From: Euglena gracilis
Taxonomy: Eukaryota
Reading direction: 5' to 3'
Assembly: GCA_039621445.1 (NCBI GenBank)
Contig: CP154954.1
Location: 19,516,642 to 19,580,641, forward strand
Length of the DNA stretch: 64,000 nt
In this document: in pieces, positions 1-64,000 of the stretch
How the letters are laid out: each line of letters starts with the position of its first letter
Position numbering within the stretch: position 1 is the first letter of the stretch
The notes under the pieces: generated by a model
What the model saw: the letters and a program-made list of their open reading frames with translations, nothing else
Databases searched by the model: none
Told to the model about the DNA's origin: nothing
Made by a program: the position numbers and the translations under genes

Positions 1-114
1 AAGGCGGAGCACGAGGCGGCGCTGCGGCGGCAGGCGGAGGCGGAGTGCGCCCGGCTGCGGACCCAAGTGGAGCTGTTCACCAAGGCCCTGGAGGACACCC
101 GCAGCCGTCGCAAG
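1..114 (+). CDS. Internal exon of an unidentified coiled-coil protein gene (5' part outside window)
   Basis: Frame 1 reads KAEHEAALRRQAEAECARLRTQVELFTKALEDTRSRRK with GC3-rich codons and ends at AAG|GT (115). Confidence 0.7.
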
Positions 115-499
115 GTCCCCCGCCCCTGCCTCCCCTGCCTCCCTGGCGTTGACGTCCCGGCCCAGAGTTGGTTTTTCCGGGGCGAAACCTGCGAGGACAA
201 CCCCCCCCCCAATAGAAGCACGGGTGCGCTTATAGCAGACCGCCTCAGCAGCGGGAGTTTGGACCCTGCGCTTCTTTGCAGCCCCGCGCTTCTATTAGAG
301 TTTTATTACATCATACCGTATTATTGTTTATACATACACTTTATCGTGGGGGGCAGAATCCTGTGGCATATTCATTGGCATGTTTTGGTGGCGCCACGGG
401 GGGGTATCCGTAGGAGGAGGCTCGAGATCGAACGCTCGACCTCGAGCCTCCTCGAACATTTTTAAGCCCACCCCCCCCCTCTAGGGGGGGGCTTAAAAG

Positions 500-990
500 G
501 CGTTCGAGGAGGCTCTAGAGCCTCCTCGAACCATGTTCGAGGAGGCTCTAGAGCCTCCTCGAACATAGTTCGAGGTCGTTCGAGGAGGCTCTAGAGCCTC
601 CTCGAACGTGGTTCGAGGACGTTCGAGGAGGCTCTAGAGCCTCCCCGAACGTGGTTCGAGGTCGTTCGAGGAGGCTCTAGAGTCTCCTCGAACGTGGTTC
701 GAGGTCGTTCGAGGAGGCTCTAGCGCCTCCTCGTACGGGTTTGGAGGTCGTTCGAGGAGGCTCTAGAGCCTCCTCGAACGTGGTTCGAGGTCGTTCGAGG
801 ACGCTCTAGAGCCTCCTCGAACGTGGTTCGAGGACGTTCGAGGAGGCTCTAGAGCCTCCTCGAACGTGGTTCGAGGTCGTTCGAGGAGGCTCTAGAGTCT
901 CCTCGAACGTGGTTCGAGGTCGTTCGAGGAGGCTCTAGAGCCTCCTCGAACGTGGTTCGAGGTCGTTCGAGGGAAATCTCGAGCCTCCTC
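500..990. repeat. 43-bp tandem array built on a 30-bp palindrome GTTCGAGGAGGCTCTAGAGCCTCCTCGAAC (inverted array at about 2310-2630)
   Basis: CTCTAGAG (or a 1-nt variant) recurs at 589, 632, 675, 718, 761, 804, 847, 890, 933. Confidence 0.95.
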
Positions 991-1035
991 CTGTGTATAT
1001 GCTTCACCGTATCAGGAGACTGTGCTTCTATTTTC

Positions 1036-1122
<87 letters not shown>

Positions 1123-1125
1123 ACT

Positions 1126-2155
1126 TGCACCCGAGAAGGGGTTGGCAGATAAAAGGGGTTTATTTTGTTAATGAAAGAGATAGGGTTAGGTCGACTTGCA
1201 CCTGAGAAGGGGTTGGCAGATAAAAGGGGTTGGCGGATAAAAGGGGTTTATTTTGTTAATGAAAGGGATAGGGTTAGGTCGACTTGCACCCGAGAAGGGG
1301 TTGGCGGATAAAAGGGGTTTATTTTGTTAATGAAAGGGATAGGGTTAGGTCGACTTGCACCCGAGAAGGGGTTGGCAGATAAAAGGGGTTTATTTTGTTA
1401 ATGAAAGGGATAGGGTTAGTTAGTTAGTTAGTTAGGTCGACTTGCACCTGAGAAGGGGTTGGCGGATAAAAGGAGTTTATTTCGTTAATGAAACGGATAG
1501 GGTTAGGTCGACTTGCACCCGAGAAGGGGTTGGCGGATAAAAGGGGTTGGCGGATAAAAGGGGTTTATTTTGTTAATGAAAGGGATAGGGTTAGGTCAAC
1601 TTGCACCCGAGAAGGGGTTGGCGGATAAAAGGGGTTTATTTTGTTAATGAAAGGGATAGGGTTAGGTCGACTTGCACCCGAGAAGGGGTTGGCAGATAAA
1701 AGGGGTTTATTTTGTTAATGAAAGGGATAGGGTTAGTTAGTTAGTTAGTTAGGTCGACTTGCACCTGAGAAGGGGTTGGCGGATAAAAGGGGTTTATTTC
1801 GTTAATGAAACGGATAGGGTTAGGTCGACTTGCACCCGAGAAGGGGTTGGCGGATAAAAGGGGTTGGCGGATAAAAGGAGTTTATTTTGTTAATGAAAGG
1901 GATAGGGTTAGGTCGATTTGCACCCGAGAAGGGGCTGGCGGATAAAAGGGGTTTATTTTGTTAATGAAAGGGATAGGGTTAGGTCGACTTGCACCCGAGA
2001 AGGGGTTGGCGGATAAAAGGGGTTTATTTTGTTAATGAAAGGGATAGGGTTAGGTCGACTTGCACCCGGGAAGGGGTTGGCAGATAAAAGGGGTTTATTT
2101 TGTTAATGAAAGGGATAGGGTTAGGTCGACTTGCACCCGAGAAGGGGTTGGCAGA
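1126..2155 (+). repeat. 71-bp minisatellite (87/88-bp variants) containing GATAGGGTTAGG, flanked by (GA)n
   Basis: Unit GATAGGGTTAGGTCGACTTGCACCCGAGAAGGGGTTGGCRGATAAAAGGGGTTTATTTTGTTAATGAAAGG; period 71 between 1267 and 1338. Confidence 0.95.
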
Positions 2156-4123
2156 CAAAAGTGTATTGCAGATACAGGAATGATACTGGGAGACATTCAT
2201 AGAGAGAGAGAGAGAGAAGGAGAGAGAGAGAGAGAGAGAGACTCACAGATGGAGAGATCAATTTGAAAATTGTTTTCCTGGACTCCTGATACCCAGATGT
2301 ATGTACGAAGGAGGAGGTTCTAGAGCCTCCTCGAACCTTTTCGAACCACGTTCGAGGAGGCTCTAGAGCCTCCTCGAACGTCCTCGAACCACGTTCGAGG
2401 AGGCTCTAGAGCCTCCTCGAACGTCCTCGAACTACGTTCGAGGAGGCTCTAGAGCCTCCTCGAACGACCTCGAACATCGTTCGAGGAGGCTCTAGAGCCT
2501 CCTCGAACGACCTCGAACATCGTTCGAGGAGGCTCTAGAGCCTCCTCGAACGATGTTCGAGGAGGCTCTAGAGCCTCCTCGAACATTGTTCGAGGAGGCT
2601 CTAGAGCCTCCTCCTACGGAGCCTCCTCCTACCGTAACCCTCCCGTGGCGCCACGGCTGGTTGCGACGGTCCTGGCTAGCTTCGGATCCACCTCCCACGT
2701 TCACCACCTCCACTACCCCCCCCCCCAGCAAAATCTCTCGGTCTCTCTTTTTTGAGGGGGGGAAACTTTTAAACTGTTGGATATTTTGCTTGTTGAGGAT
2801 GGAGTGCCCAGGGATTCCCACAAATTCGTGCCACGTATAATCACGAGTAATTACCAACCAGCACGAATTTGGGGATTTTCCAAAATCACGAATAATCACG
2901 AATAATCACGAATAATCACAAATAATCATGAATGACAACGAACAACCACAAATAATTATGAATGAAAATTTCTCCCATTCATGAATGTGTCTGAAAATGA
3001 CCTTTTCGTTAAGGATTAATTTCCCCAAAAGGGGAAAACAAACATGGACAAGGGGTCATCATAAGGCAAGAATAATTTATCGTAGGCCCCCCGGGGGGTC
3101 TGTAGTTCAACCTACCTGGAACTTCGGCCCCTAACATATGACCGCTTAAACCCAATAGATTTCTTCGAGAAGCCCAATACGAATTTTCCCTAAACCTTAA
3201 ACCTAATTCCTAACCTGACCCTGACCCTAATCCTAACCCTTCCTGAAAATAACCCAATGGCGAAAGAAGTGTCCGCTGGCAAATTGATTTCCCAAGGGGA
3301 AAAAAAAGGCGTTCCAAGCAGTTTGACCTGGGCTGCCCCAGTAAATGGCCGAAAAAAACCATCCCATGATGAAGGTCTGCAAGGTTGCAGGACGGGAGCT
3401 CTTCATTGTATTTTATTGCATTTCCCGCATTCTTTTACCTCATGCTTTTCCCCCAACGACCCCCCCCTTTGGGATATTTTTCGGAGGTTTGTCTCTTTTT
3501 GGCGTGGCACAAAGCGAAAAGGGCCATTTTGGGTACTTTTTGACAAGATTTTGTCGAAATCCTTAAAGAAGAGTGCAAAGGTCTGAAAGCAAAATTTTAG
3601 CTTTCTTTGGGGAGGATCCAGTGCACATCCCAGTCAGCGTGCTTTTTTTTTTTTGATCCCCGCCCAACGACCCCGGTCAGAGGACACCTTTTTGGTCAGA
3701 ACCCAATCCAACCAACCACTATTGAACCCTGTCCAACAACAAACACCCCCGGTTGGAGAACAGAGATTACCGGTCGTTGGAAGCAGGGGTGGGCAGTGCT
3801 TTATCCCAAGTTTCCTACAGTAATGCACTTCACGCACCGTTTAGGCATTTTTCCAAGTTTTTTTTATGTCTTCCCCCTTCTTCTGCACCCTGTTGTTTGT
3901 GTTTTTGCACATTTTTGTGGATTCTGTGTTGTTGTTTTTTTGAGGGCAAACTTGGGGATTCAGACCGTCCCACTCTGCACCCAAAAACACAAGGGCACCC
4001 CCCATCCCGAAACTGTCAGGGTCCCCCGCACTGGCCAACCTGTCTGGTTGCAGTTTCCCCAGGGGGACAGTTTCCCACCCACGGGAACCACACCAACGAC
4101 CCAAGGTGAGTGTATGTCCCTGC

Positions 4124-4270
4124 AGCGCTGGAATTACCCCAGAGTTGCTCCCTGCCCACCGCCCAGGGGGAGCAACACAACGGCGGGCCACTCACCACCC
4201 GAACTGGGCCGGAAGCGAAGTTAGCGCCGGCCATCAACGGACAAGAAGCCTCAGTGCAACAAAGGGGGAC
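4124..4270. repeat. Dispersed structured repeat, possibly SINE-like (second copy about 14720-14880)
   Basis: Both copies share GCGCTRGAATTACMCCAGAGTTGCTC...GAGCAAC and CTGGGCCRGAAGCGAAGTTAGCGCCGGCCAT...GACAAGAAGCC...GTGCAAC. Confidence 0.7.
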
Positions 4271-4352
4271 ACCTCACCACACCATACCATACCATACCAT
4301 ACCATACCATACCATACCATACCATACCATACCATACCATACCATACCATAC

Positions 4353-7300
4353 GGGGGGGTAACAGTAGGAGGAGGTTCGAGCTCGAACGTTCGAGCTCGA
4401 ACCTCCTCGAACGTTTTTAAGCCCCCCCCCTTCGAGGGGGGGGCTTAAAAATCCTCCTCGAACGACCTCGAACGACATTCGAGGAGGATATTGATCCTCC
4501 TCGAACGACCTCGAACGACATTCGAGGAGGATATTGATCCTCCTCGAACGACCTCGAACGACATTTGAGGAGGATCTCGATCCTCCTCGAACGACCTCGA
4601 ACGACATTCGAGGAGGATTTTGATCCTCCTCGAACGACCTCGAACGACATTCGAGGAGGATATTGATCCTCCTCGAACGGCCTCGAACGACATTCGAGGA
4701 GGATATTGATCCTCCTCGAACGACCTCGAACGACATTCGAGGAGGATATTGATCCTCCTCGAACGACCTCGAACGACATTCGAGGAGGATATTGATCCTC
4801 CTCGAACGACCTCGAACGACATTTGAGGAGGATCTCGATCCTCCTCGAACGACCTCGAACGACATTCGAGGAGGATTTTGATCCTCCTCGAACGACCTCG
4901 AACGACATTCGAGGAGGATATTGATCCTCCTCGAACGACCTCGAACGTCACTCGAGGAGGATATTGATCCTCCTCGAACGACCTCGAACGACATCTCGAT
5001 CCTCCTTCTATGTACATGCATTCAGGTATCAGTTGCAATTTTTTATGGGAGTTTGTTAATAGGGGGGGGGGTTTTTTTTTTGTGTTTTTTTTTTTTTTTT
5101 GTTTTTTTTTTCTATTCTTTATTGTTCTTCAGTCTGCTTGTTTGTTTCAAAAGCAAAGACCAGGGAGGAGAGAGAGAGGATGCCGAGATAATATCTGATG
5201 TTATTTGAAGGAATAGGGTTAGGGTAAAGATATCATGCCCAATGGTTGTCACCATCCCGCTCATCGTTGTCATATTTCCCCCTACAGGGGACCCAGCAAG
5301 TTTGCTTGTTCTTTTGTTATGCAGGAATGCATCAAAAATATTCCCATACCAAGACAATTTCTCAGGTTATTAGAAGGAATAGGGTTAGGGTAAAGATTTC
5401 ATCCCCAACGGTTTTCACCATCCCGCTCATCGTTGTTATATTTCCCTCTACAGGGGACCCAGCGAACCCAAAGAGTCGCCCAACTAGGGTTAAAAACATG
5501 GGGGGACCCGAGCGAGGCGCCGAAGGCGCCGAGCGAGGGTCCCCCCATGTGTATTAACCCTAGTTGGGCGACTCTTTGGGGTAGCTGGTACCCTGTAGGG
5601 GGAAATTTTCCACGCTTTCCCAAAGAAACATATTTTTTGTTACACAGGAATGTTGCCTTTTTTTTGGGAATTTGTTACCGTTGCTCATTGTTCTTGAGTC
5701 TGTTTGTTTTTTTATTACACAGGAATGCACACACTCGTAAATATTTTTATTCAAATAAACAATATATATTACCCCCCCCCCTATGTCCAACGACCCCCCT
5801 ATGTCCAATGACCACCCCCCCGTCGGAGGACACCTTTTCGGAGGTTTGACCAAATTTTTGGTCCCGGCGCGAAGCGCCGGGACGAAAAAATTTGCCCAAA
5901 AATTGGCCAAAAATTTGGCCAAAATGCCATTTTTGACACTTTTTGGACAAAAATTTGTCAAAATTGCCCAAAATTTTCGGCGCAAAGCGCCGGAAGGGAA
6001 AATTGGGGCATTTTTGGGTGGGTAGGGACCCGGGTGCCCACCAACTTTTTTTTGACCCCATGTCCAACGACCACCCCCCCGGTCAGAGGACACCTTTTTG
6101 GTCACCACCCTATGTCCAACGACCACCCCCCCGGTCGGAGGACAGAGGTTACTGGTCGTTGGACATAGGGGGGGGGTAATATTAAAAACAATATTTTTAT
6201 TTAAATAAACAATATATATTATCCATAAAAATATTCATATACCGAGATAATTTCTGTGGCTACTACAAGGATTAGGGTCAGGGTAAAGAATTTCTGAGAT
6301 GCTCTGTTCAAAAATATTCCCATACCAAGACAATTTCTGAGGTTATTAGAAGGAATGGGGTTAGGGTAAAGATTTCATCCCCAACGGTTTTCACCATCCC
6401 GCTCATCGTTGTTACTCTTTGGGGTTACGACTCTTTGGGGTAGCTGGTACCCTGTAGGGGGAAATTTTCCACGCAGTGTGAAAGAAACATATTTTTCTTT
6501 TCAAATCCCCCCGTCGCTCCCTACTCGGGCAATTTTTCCTCGCGCAGGAATGCACTCATTCAAAAGTATTTTTATTCAAGACCCAACACCCCCCCACACC
6601 CCCCAATTTCTCAGGTTATTAGAAGGAATAGGGTTAGGGTAAAGATTTCATCCCCAACGGTTTTCACCATCCCGCTCATCGTTGTTATATTTCCCTCTAC
6701 AGGGTACGCAGCGAACCCAAAGAGTCGCCCAACTAGGGTTAAAAACATGGGGGGACCCGAGCGAGGCGCCGAAGGCGCCGAGCGAGGGTCCCCCCATGTG
6801 TATTAACCCTAGTTTGGCGACTCTTTGGGGTAGCTGGTACCCTGTAGGGGGAAATTTTCCACGCATTTTAAAAGAAACATATTTTTTCTTACGCAGGAAT
6901 ACACTCATTTTTATTCAAAAATATTCCCTGAATATTATTTGAGAAGAACATTGAGAAGGAATGCACTTGTTCGTAAATATTTTTGTTCAAAAATATTCTT
7001 ATACCGAGAGAATTTCTGAGGTTATTGGAAGGAATAGGGTTAGGGTCAAGATTTCATCCCCAACGGTTGTCACCATCACGCTCATCGTTGCTATGTTTCC
7101 CTCTACAGGGTACCCAGCGAACCCAAATATTCGCCGAAATAGAGATAAAAACATGGGGGGCCCCGAGCGAGGCGCCGAAGGCGCCGAGCGAGGGTCCCCC
7201 CATGTGTATTAACCCTAGTTGGGCGACTCTTTGGGGTAGCTGGTACCCTGTAGGGGGAAATTTTCCCCGCGTTTTAAAAGAAACATATTTTTTCTATTTG

Positions 7301-8213
7301 TTCTTGATTCTGCTTGTTTCTTTTTTTCTTACACTTGTTCATAAATATCTTTGTTCAAAAACATTCTTATACCGAGAGAATTTCTGACATTATTAGAAGG
7401 AATAGGGTTAGGGTAAAGATTTCATCCCCAACGGTTTTCGCCATCCCGCTCATCGTTGCTATGTTTCCCTCTACAGGGGACCCAGCGAACCCAAAGAGTC
7501 GCCCAACTAGGGTTAAAAACATGGGGGGACCCGAGCGAGGCCTAGTTGGGCGACTCTTTGGGGTAGCTGGTACCCTGTAGGGGGAAATTTTCCATGCTTT
7601 CCCAAAGAAACATATTTTTTCTTACGCAGGAATACACTCATTTTTATTCAAAAAATATTCCCTGAATATTATTCGAGTAGGACATTGAGAAGGAATGCAC
7701 TTGTTCGTAAATATTTTTGTTCAAAAACATTCTTATACCGAGAGAGTTTCTGAGGTTATTGGAAGGAATAGGGTTAGGGTCAAGATTTTTTCAAAAATAT
7801 TCCCTGAACGACGTTCGAGGAGGATTTTGATCCTCCTCGAACGACCTCGAACGTCATTCGAGGAGGATTTTGATCCTCCTCGAACGACCTCGAACGACAT
7901 TCGAGGAGGATATTGATCCTCCTCGAACGACCTCGAACGACATTCGAGGAGGATTTTGATCCTCCTCGAACGACCTCGAACGACATTCGAGGAGGATCTC
8001 GATCCTCCTCGAATGACCTCGAACGACATTCGAGGAGGATTTTGATCCTCCTCGAACGACCTCGAACGACATTCGAGGAGGATATTGATCCTCCTCGAAC
8101 GACCTCGAACGACATTCGAGGAGGATATTGATCCTCCTCGAACGACCTCGAACGACATTCGAGGAGGATCGAGATCCTCCTCCTACTGTCCATCCCACTA
8201 CCGTAACCCTCCC
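4353..8213. mobile_element. Non-autonomous foldback/MULE-like TIR element, copy B, inserted in an (ACCAT)n microsatellite
   Basis: Ends GGGGGGGTAACAGTAGGAGGAGG ... CTACCGTAACCCTCCC resemble copy A; CATACCATAC on both sides (4343-4352, 8214-8223); 43-bp TCGAGGAGGAT..ATCCTCCTCGA arrays at about 4450-5010 and 7810-8180. Confidence 0.8.
5772..6176. mobile_element. TA-flanked (Tc1/mariner-type) MITE nested in copy B
   Basis: TIR CnTATGTCCAACGACC ... GGTCGTTGGACATAGn; TA at 5770-5771 and 6177-6178. Confidence 0.8.
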
Positions 8214-8652
8214 CATACCATACCATACCATACCATACCATACCATACCATACCATACCATCCTATACTATACTATACTATACTATACTATACTATACTA
8301 TACTATACTATACTATACTATACCATACTATACTATACTATACTATACTATACTATACTATACTATACTATACTATACTATACTATACTATACTATACTA
8401 TACTATACTATACTATACTATATTATACTATACTATACTATACTATACTATACTATACTATACTATACCATACTATACTATACTATACTATACTATATTA
8501 TACTATACTATACTATACTATACTATACTATACTATACTATACTATACTATACTATACTATACTATACTATACTATACTATACTATACTATACTATACTA
8601 TACTATACTATACTATACTATACTATACTATACTATACTATACTATATTATA
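8214..8652. repeat. (ATACC)n grading into (TATAC)n microsatellite
   Basis: Direct inspection. Confidence 0.97.
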
Positions 8653-8701
8653 CCGCTTGTTGCTTTTGGCCAAACAGACGACCCTCCTCGCCCTCTCGTA
8701 G

Positions 8702-9223
8702 GGGCCCCCTGGCCACGCCGGCCGGCACCTCCGGCCCGACGGGTCGTGGGAGGAGGAGCCGGGGGACTGCGCGCGGTGCGTGCAGCGCGGGGGCCAGGGC
8801 GTCGCTGAAGGGGGGGTTCTGGTCAGCCAGCAGCCTTTTTCAAGCCGGCCAAAATTTTCCAGGTTTTCTCCGAGCTGGGCCCGCCCCCCCCCCCCCCCCG
8901 GGCCGGGGGGGTCGCCCAGCGACGCCGTGAGGGCGTCATCCCGCCCTCCCCGCCGCGGTCCGTGTCTCCCGCGTCGTCCCAACCTGACCACACCGACGAC
9001 GAGGCTGCGCACCCTCCAGGTTGTCATTCCGCCCCGCCAGAGTTTTGTCAGTCCCAGTCCCGCCTCCCTCCCCCTCCCTGGTGTGACCTTTTGGTGGCTG
9101 GGGAGCCTGGTCCAGCTGTCTTCTGAATGCGGTCCTTCTTTCAACACACCCTGCCATTCCTTTTCTAAACGTTCAGGCGGTGGCATGGGGCACCCAGACC
9201 ATGATGCCGTCCCCAGCCGATGA
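8702..9223 (+). CDS. Probable 3' exons of the upstream gene: 8702-8791, 8935-9019, 9177-9223 or longer
   Basis: TAG acceptor at 8699-8701; stem-ended intron 8792-8934 (GGCGTCGCTG/CAGCGACGCC); GT-AG intron 9020-9176. Phase-0 reading: GPPGHAGRHLRPDGSWEEEPGDCARCVQRG|VIPPSPPRSVSPASSQPDHTDDEAAHPP|GGGMGHPDHDAVPSR*. An alternative frame is also open. Confidence 0.5.
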   Translation, partial: GPPGHAGRHLRPDGSWEEEPGDCARCVQRGGQGVAEGGVLVSQQPFSSRPKFSRFSPSWARPPPPPGPGGSPSDAVRASSRPPRRGPCLPRRPNLTTPTTRLRTLQVVIPPRQSFVSPSPASLPLPGVTFWWLGSLVQLSSECGPSFNTPCHSFSKRSGGGMGHPDHDAVPSR

Positions 9224-10699
9224 CAACCTGGCCACGGCGTCCCTGGCGGTAGATGGGAACCGCTTCGGGCGGCCCAGGGGAGTGCCTGCCCTGGATTTGC
9301 CTTTTGACTTCTCTTTCCTCGCGGTACTTTTTATCGGGACTGCCTCCTCTCTCCCCTCTCTGCCCCCTACCCCCATAACTCCTTCACCCCCGGAGCTAGA
9401 GGTATGGCTTCGCCTCAGTGTACCGATATTTATGAGATTCCGGTGCTCGCGACGTCTCATCTCACCCTTTCTTGGGGCACAGCGGCGGCCTGGTGCTCTT
9501 TCTTCCCCGCTTCCCCTCATTTTGTATATTCCCCTTCCTTCCACCTGCTGGTCACCAACCAAATCTCAATGTCTCCGAGTCACTTCCAAGTTCTTCTCAG
9601 CTCCTCAACTATTGCGACCTCTGGTGGGTTTAATGATTATTTTGGTGCCACACCCCTTTGTCACCACCCAGTTTTTGTTCTCCTTGCCTTGATTTCATTT
9701 GTCTGTCGATAGCAATCATCACCCTTACCAATAGTCGCAGGTCTGCTACTTGTGGGATCTTTCCTGGGAGGCTCTTCACCTTTGGGCTGCAGGAAATTCG
9801 ACTGATTCAAGAGGATCCGAACACATCATAAACCCTCCCCCCAAAATATACCCCCCTCCCAAATAACACCCCCCCCCCCCTCGGGGTCCGACTTCGGCGA
9901 CCGACCCGGATTTTTATTTGAAAACGTAGGTAAAAATCAATGAAAATGTAGGTAAAAAACACAGTCACAATCTCCGACAACAAACTACAATAAAAATCGA
10001 TTTTTTTTATGGATCATCTGGCCTGCAAAAAGCTTAATTTCATGAGAAAGGACAAAAAATGACCCCAAAGGGAGGTTTTGGGTGTAATTTTGGGTCCTAC
10101 GGAACTTGAAAAATTTGAAAAAATTTTGGGGTGCTGTTACCCCAAAATAATACCCCCCCTCAGGCCAGGACTTCGGGCGAGAAAAATAATACCCCCGGGG
10201 CATTATTTCATTATTTGGGTGAGGGTTTGATATGCCTGTCTAATTATCTCTTCGAGAAATTGAGCTCACAGATTTCTTGATTGACCTTCAGAAGGCCAAA
10301 TGATATCAAAAGAATTACGGACAGTTGTGGACATCAAGCGAAGATGGAGCAACCAAGTTCAAGAACATCTGGATGTGAAGTGGTAGATATGATTTGTTCT
10401 TGCAGAACTTCACCATTTTTTTGCAGTTTTTTTGCAATTTTTCTGCCGTGCAGTTTTTGATTTGCACGTGTGCAGTTTTTGCCCCCCGCCTTGGATCAAG
10501 GTCATTGTTGTTGCGCAATACGATGAAACCTCAACTGCAGGCCATCAAGGTTGCGCCCAAAGTAGAAGTCATGCCCACGCCAGTCCCCCACCCCTCCGCA
10601 CGAGGGTCCGCCCGCCGCCACCTGCGCCACAGGCGCCGCGCCACACCCTCTCTGCGCCTTTGGCTCGCCGCGTCAGAGCCAGTCGGAGGTGCCAGTCCG

Positions 10700-37260
<26,561 letters not shown>

Positions 37261-37626
37261 CGGCCCCGACTCCCATGGGACGTTGCCGCTCCACCTTGTG
37301 GCCGGCTGGAGCTTTTTGCGTCCGTGGCTTTTGCAGTGCGCAAGGTTGCGGACGTAGGTTGACCATATGGCCCATTTTTTGCGGCTCAGCAACCGAATGA
37401 GCTGCTTTCCTAACATTCAAGAGCTGCATTTGTGTGCCCTGAGTGGTGTGCAACAGCGTTGCACCGTTGCCATGCCCGCAGCATCCCCCCACACCACACC
37501 ACGCACCACCAGAGATCATGGCCCTGTAGATGGTATACGGCGACTGCGTCTGCTGAATAAAATACGCTCCCCTCCACAGGAGCAATGTGACCTTCTTTTT
37601 GGCGGTGGCCCCGTCCGCCACGCGTA

Positions 37627-64000
<26,374 letters not shown>

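Larger units (their letters stand above)
398..2644. mobile_element. Non-autonomous foldback/MULE-like TIR element, copy A
   Basis: Imperfect TIR GGGGGGGTATCCGTAGGAGGAGGCTC vs reverse complement of right end GGGAGGGTTACGGTAGGAGGAGGCTC; exact 10-bp direct repeat GTGGCGCCAC at 388-397 and 2645-2654. Confidence 0.85.

Noticed and set aside
4200-4240. HDV-like or hammerhead ribozyme in the structured repeat
   Set aside because: Only 14 nt separate the GGCCGG/CCGGCC strands, too few for P2-P3-L3, and no CTGANGA/GAAA core is conserved in both copies.
500-5010. Palindromic repeat arrays resembling CRISPR
   Set aside because: Spacers are short and near-identical, not unique; no cas genes; arrays lie inside TIR elements in eukaryotic DNA.
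8085-8930. Long ORFs made of simple repeats (YYTIL, CVCV, YMYM, HTHT, ERER) here and throughout the window
   Set aside because: They are translations of stop-free microsatellites inside introns.

Overview
Eukaryotic, repeat-dense nuclear DNA with the hallmarks of a euglenid (Euglena-like) genome; the taxon is inferred from intron structure, not from a database match. Three + strand, heavily split genes lie in tandem: (1) the 3' part of an unidentified coiled-coil protein gene (to about 9.2 kb); (2) an apparently complete NBS1/nibrin gene (10700-37260: FHA, two BRCT, KxFxK Mre11-binding motif, acidic FxF C-terminus); (3) a GCN2-type eIF2-alpha kinase gene (37627 to beyond the window end) with an unexpected N-terminal CxxC..HxxxC zinc finger, an RWD domain and a full kinase domain. 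Many introns lack GT-AG ends and instead follow N3-CAG...CTG-N5(4-6)|R with base-paired termini (euglenid nonconventional introns); about 16 could be placed by restoring reading frames. The introns also hold intact CAG...CTG MITEs with 8-bp target duplications. The 3+5=8 geometry and residual direct repeats at several intron junctions suggest these hAT-like MITEs generate the introns. Also present: two foldback/MULE-like elements with 10-bp TSDs, TA-flanked MITEs, a gypsy pol remnant, an array of telomere-like palindromes and many microsatellites. All exon models are manual and need RNA confirmation.
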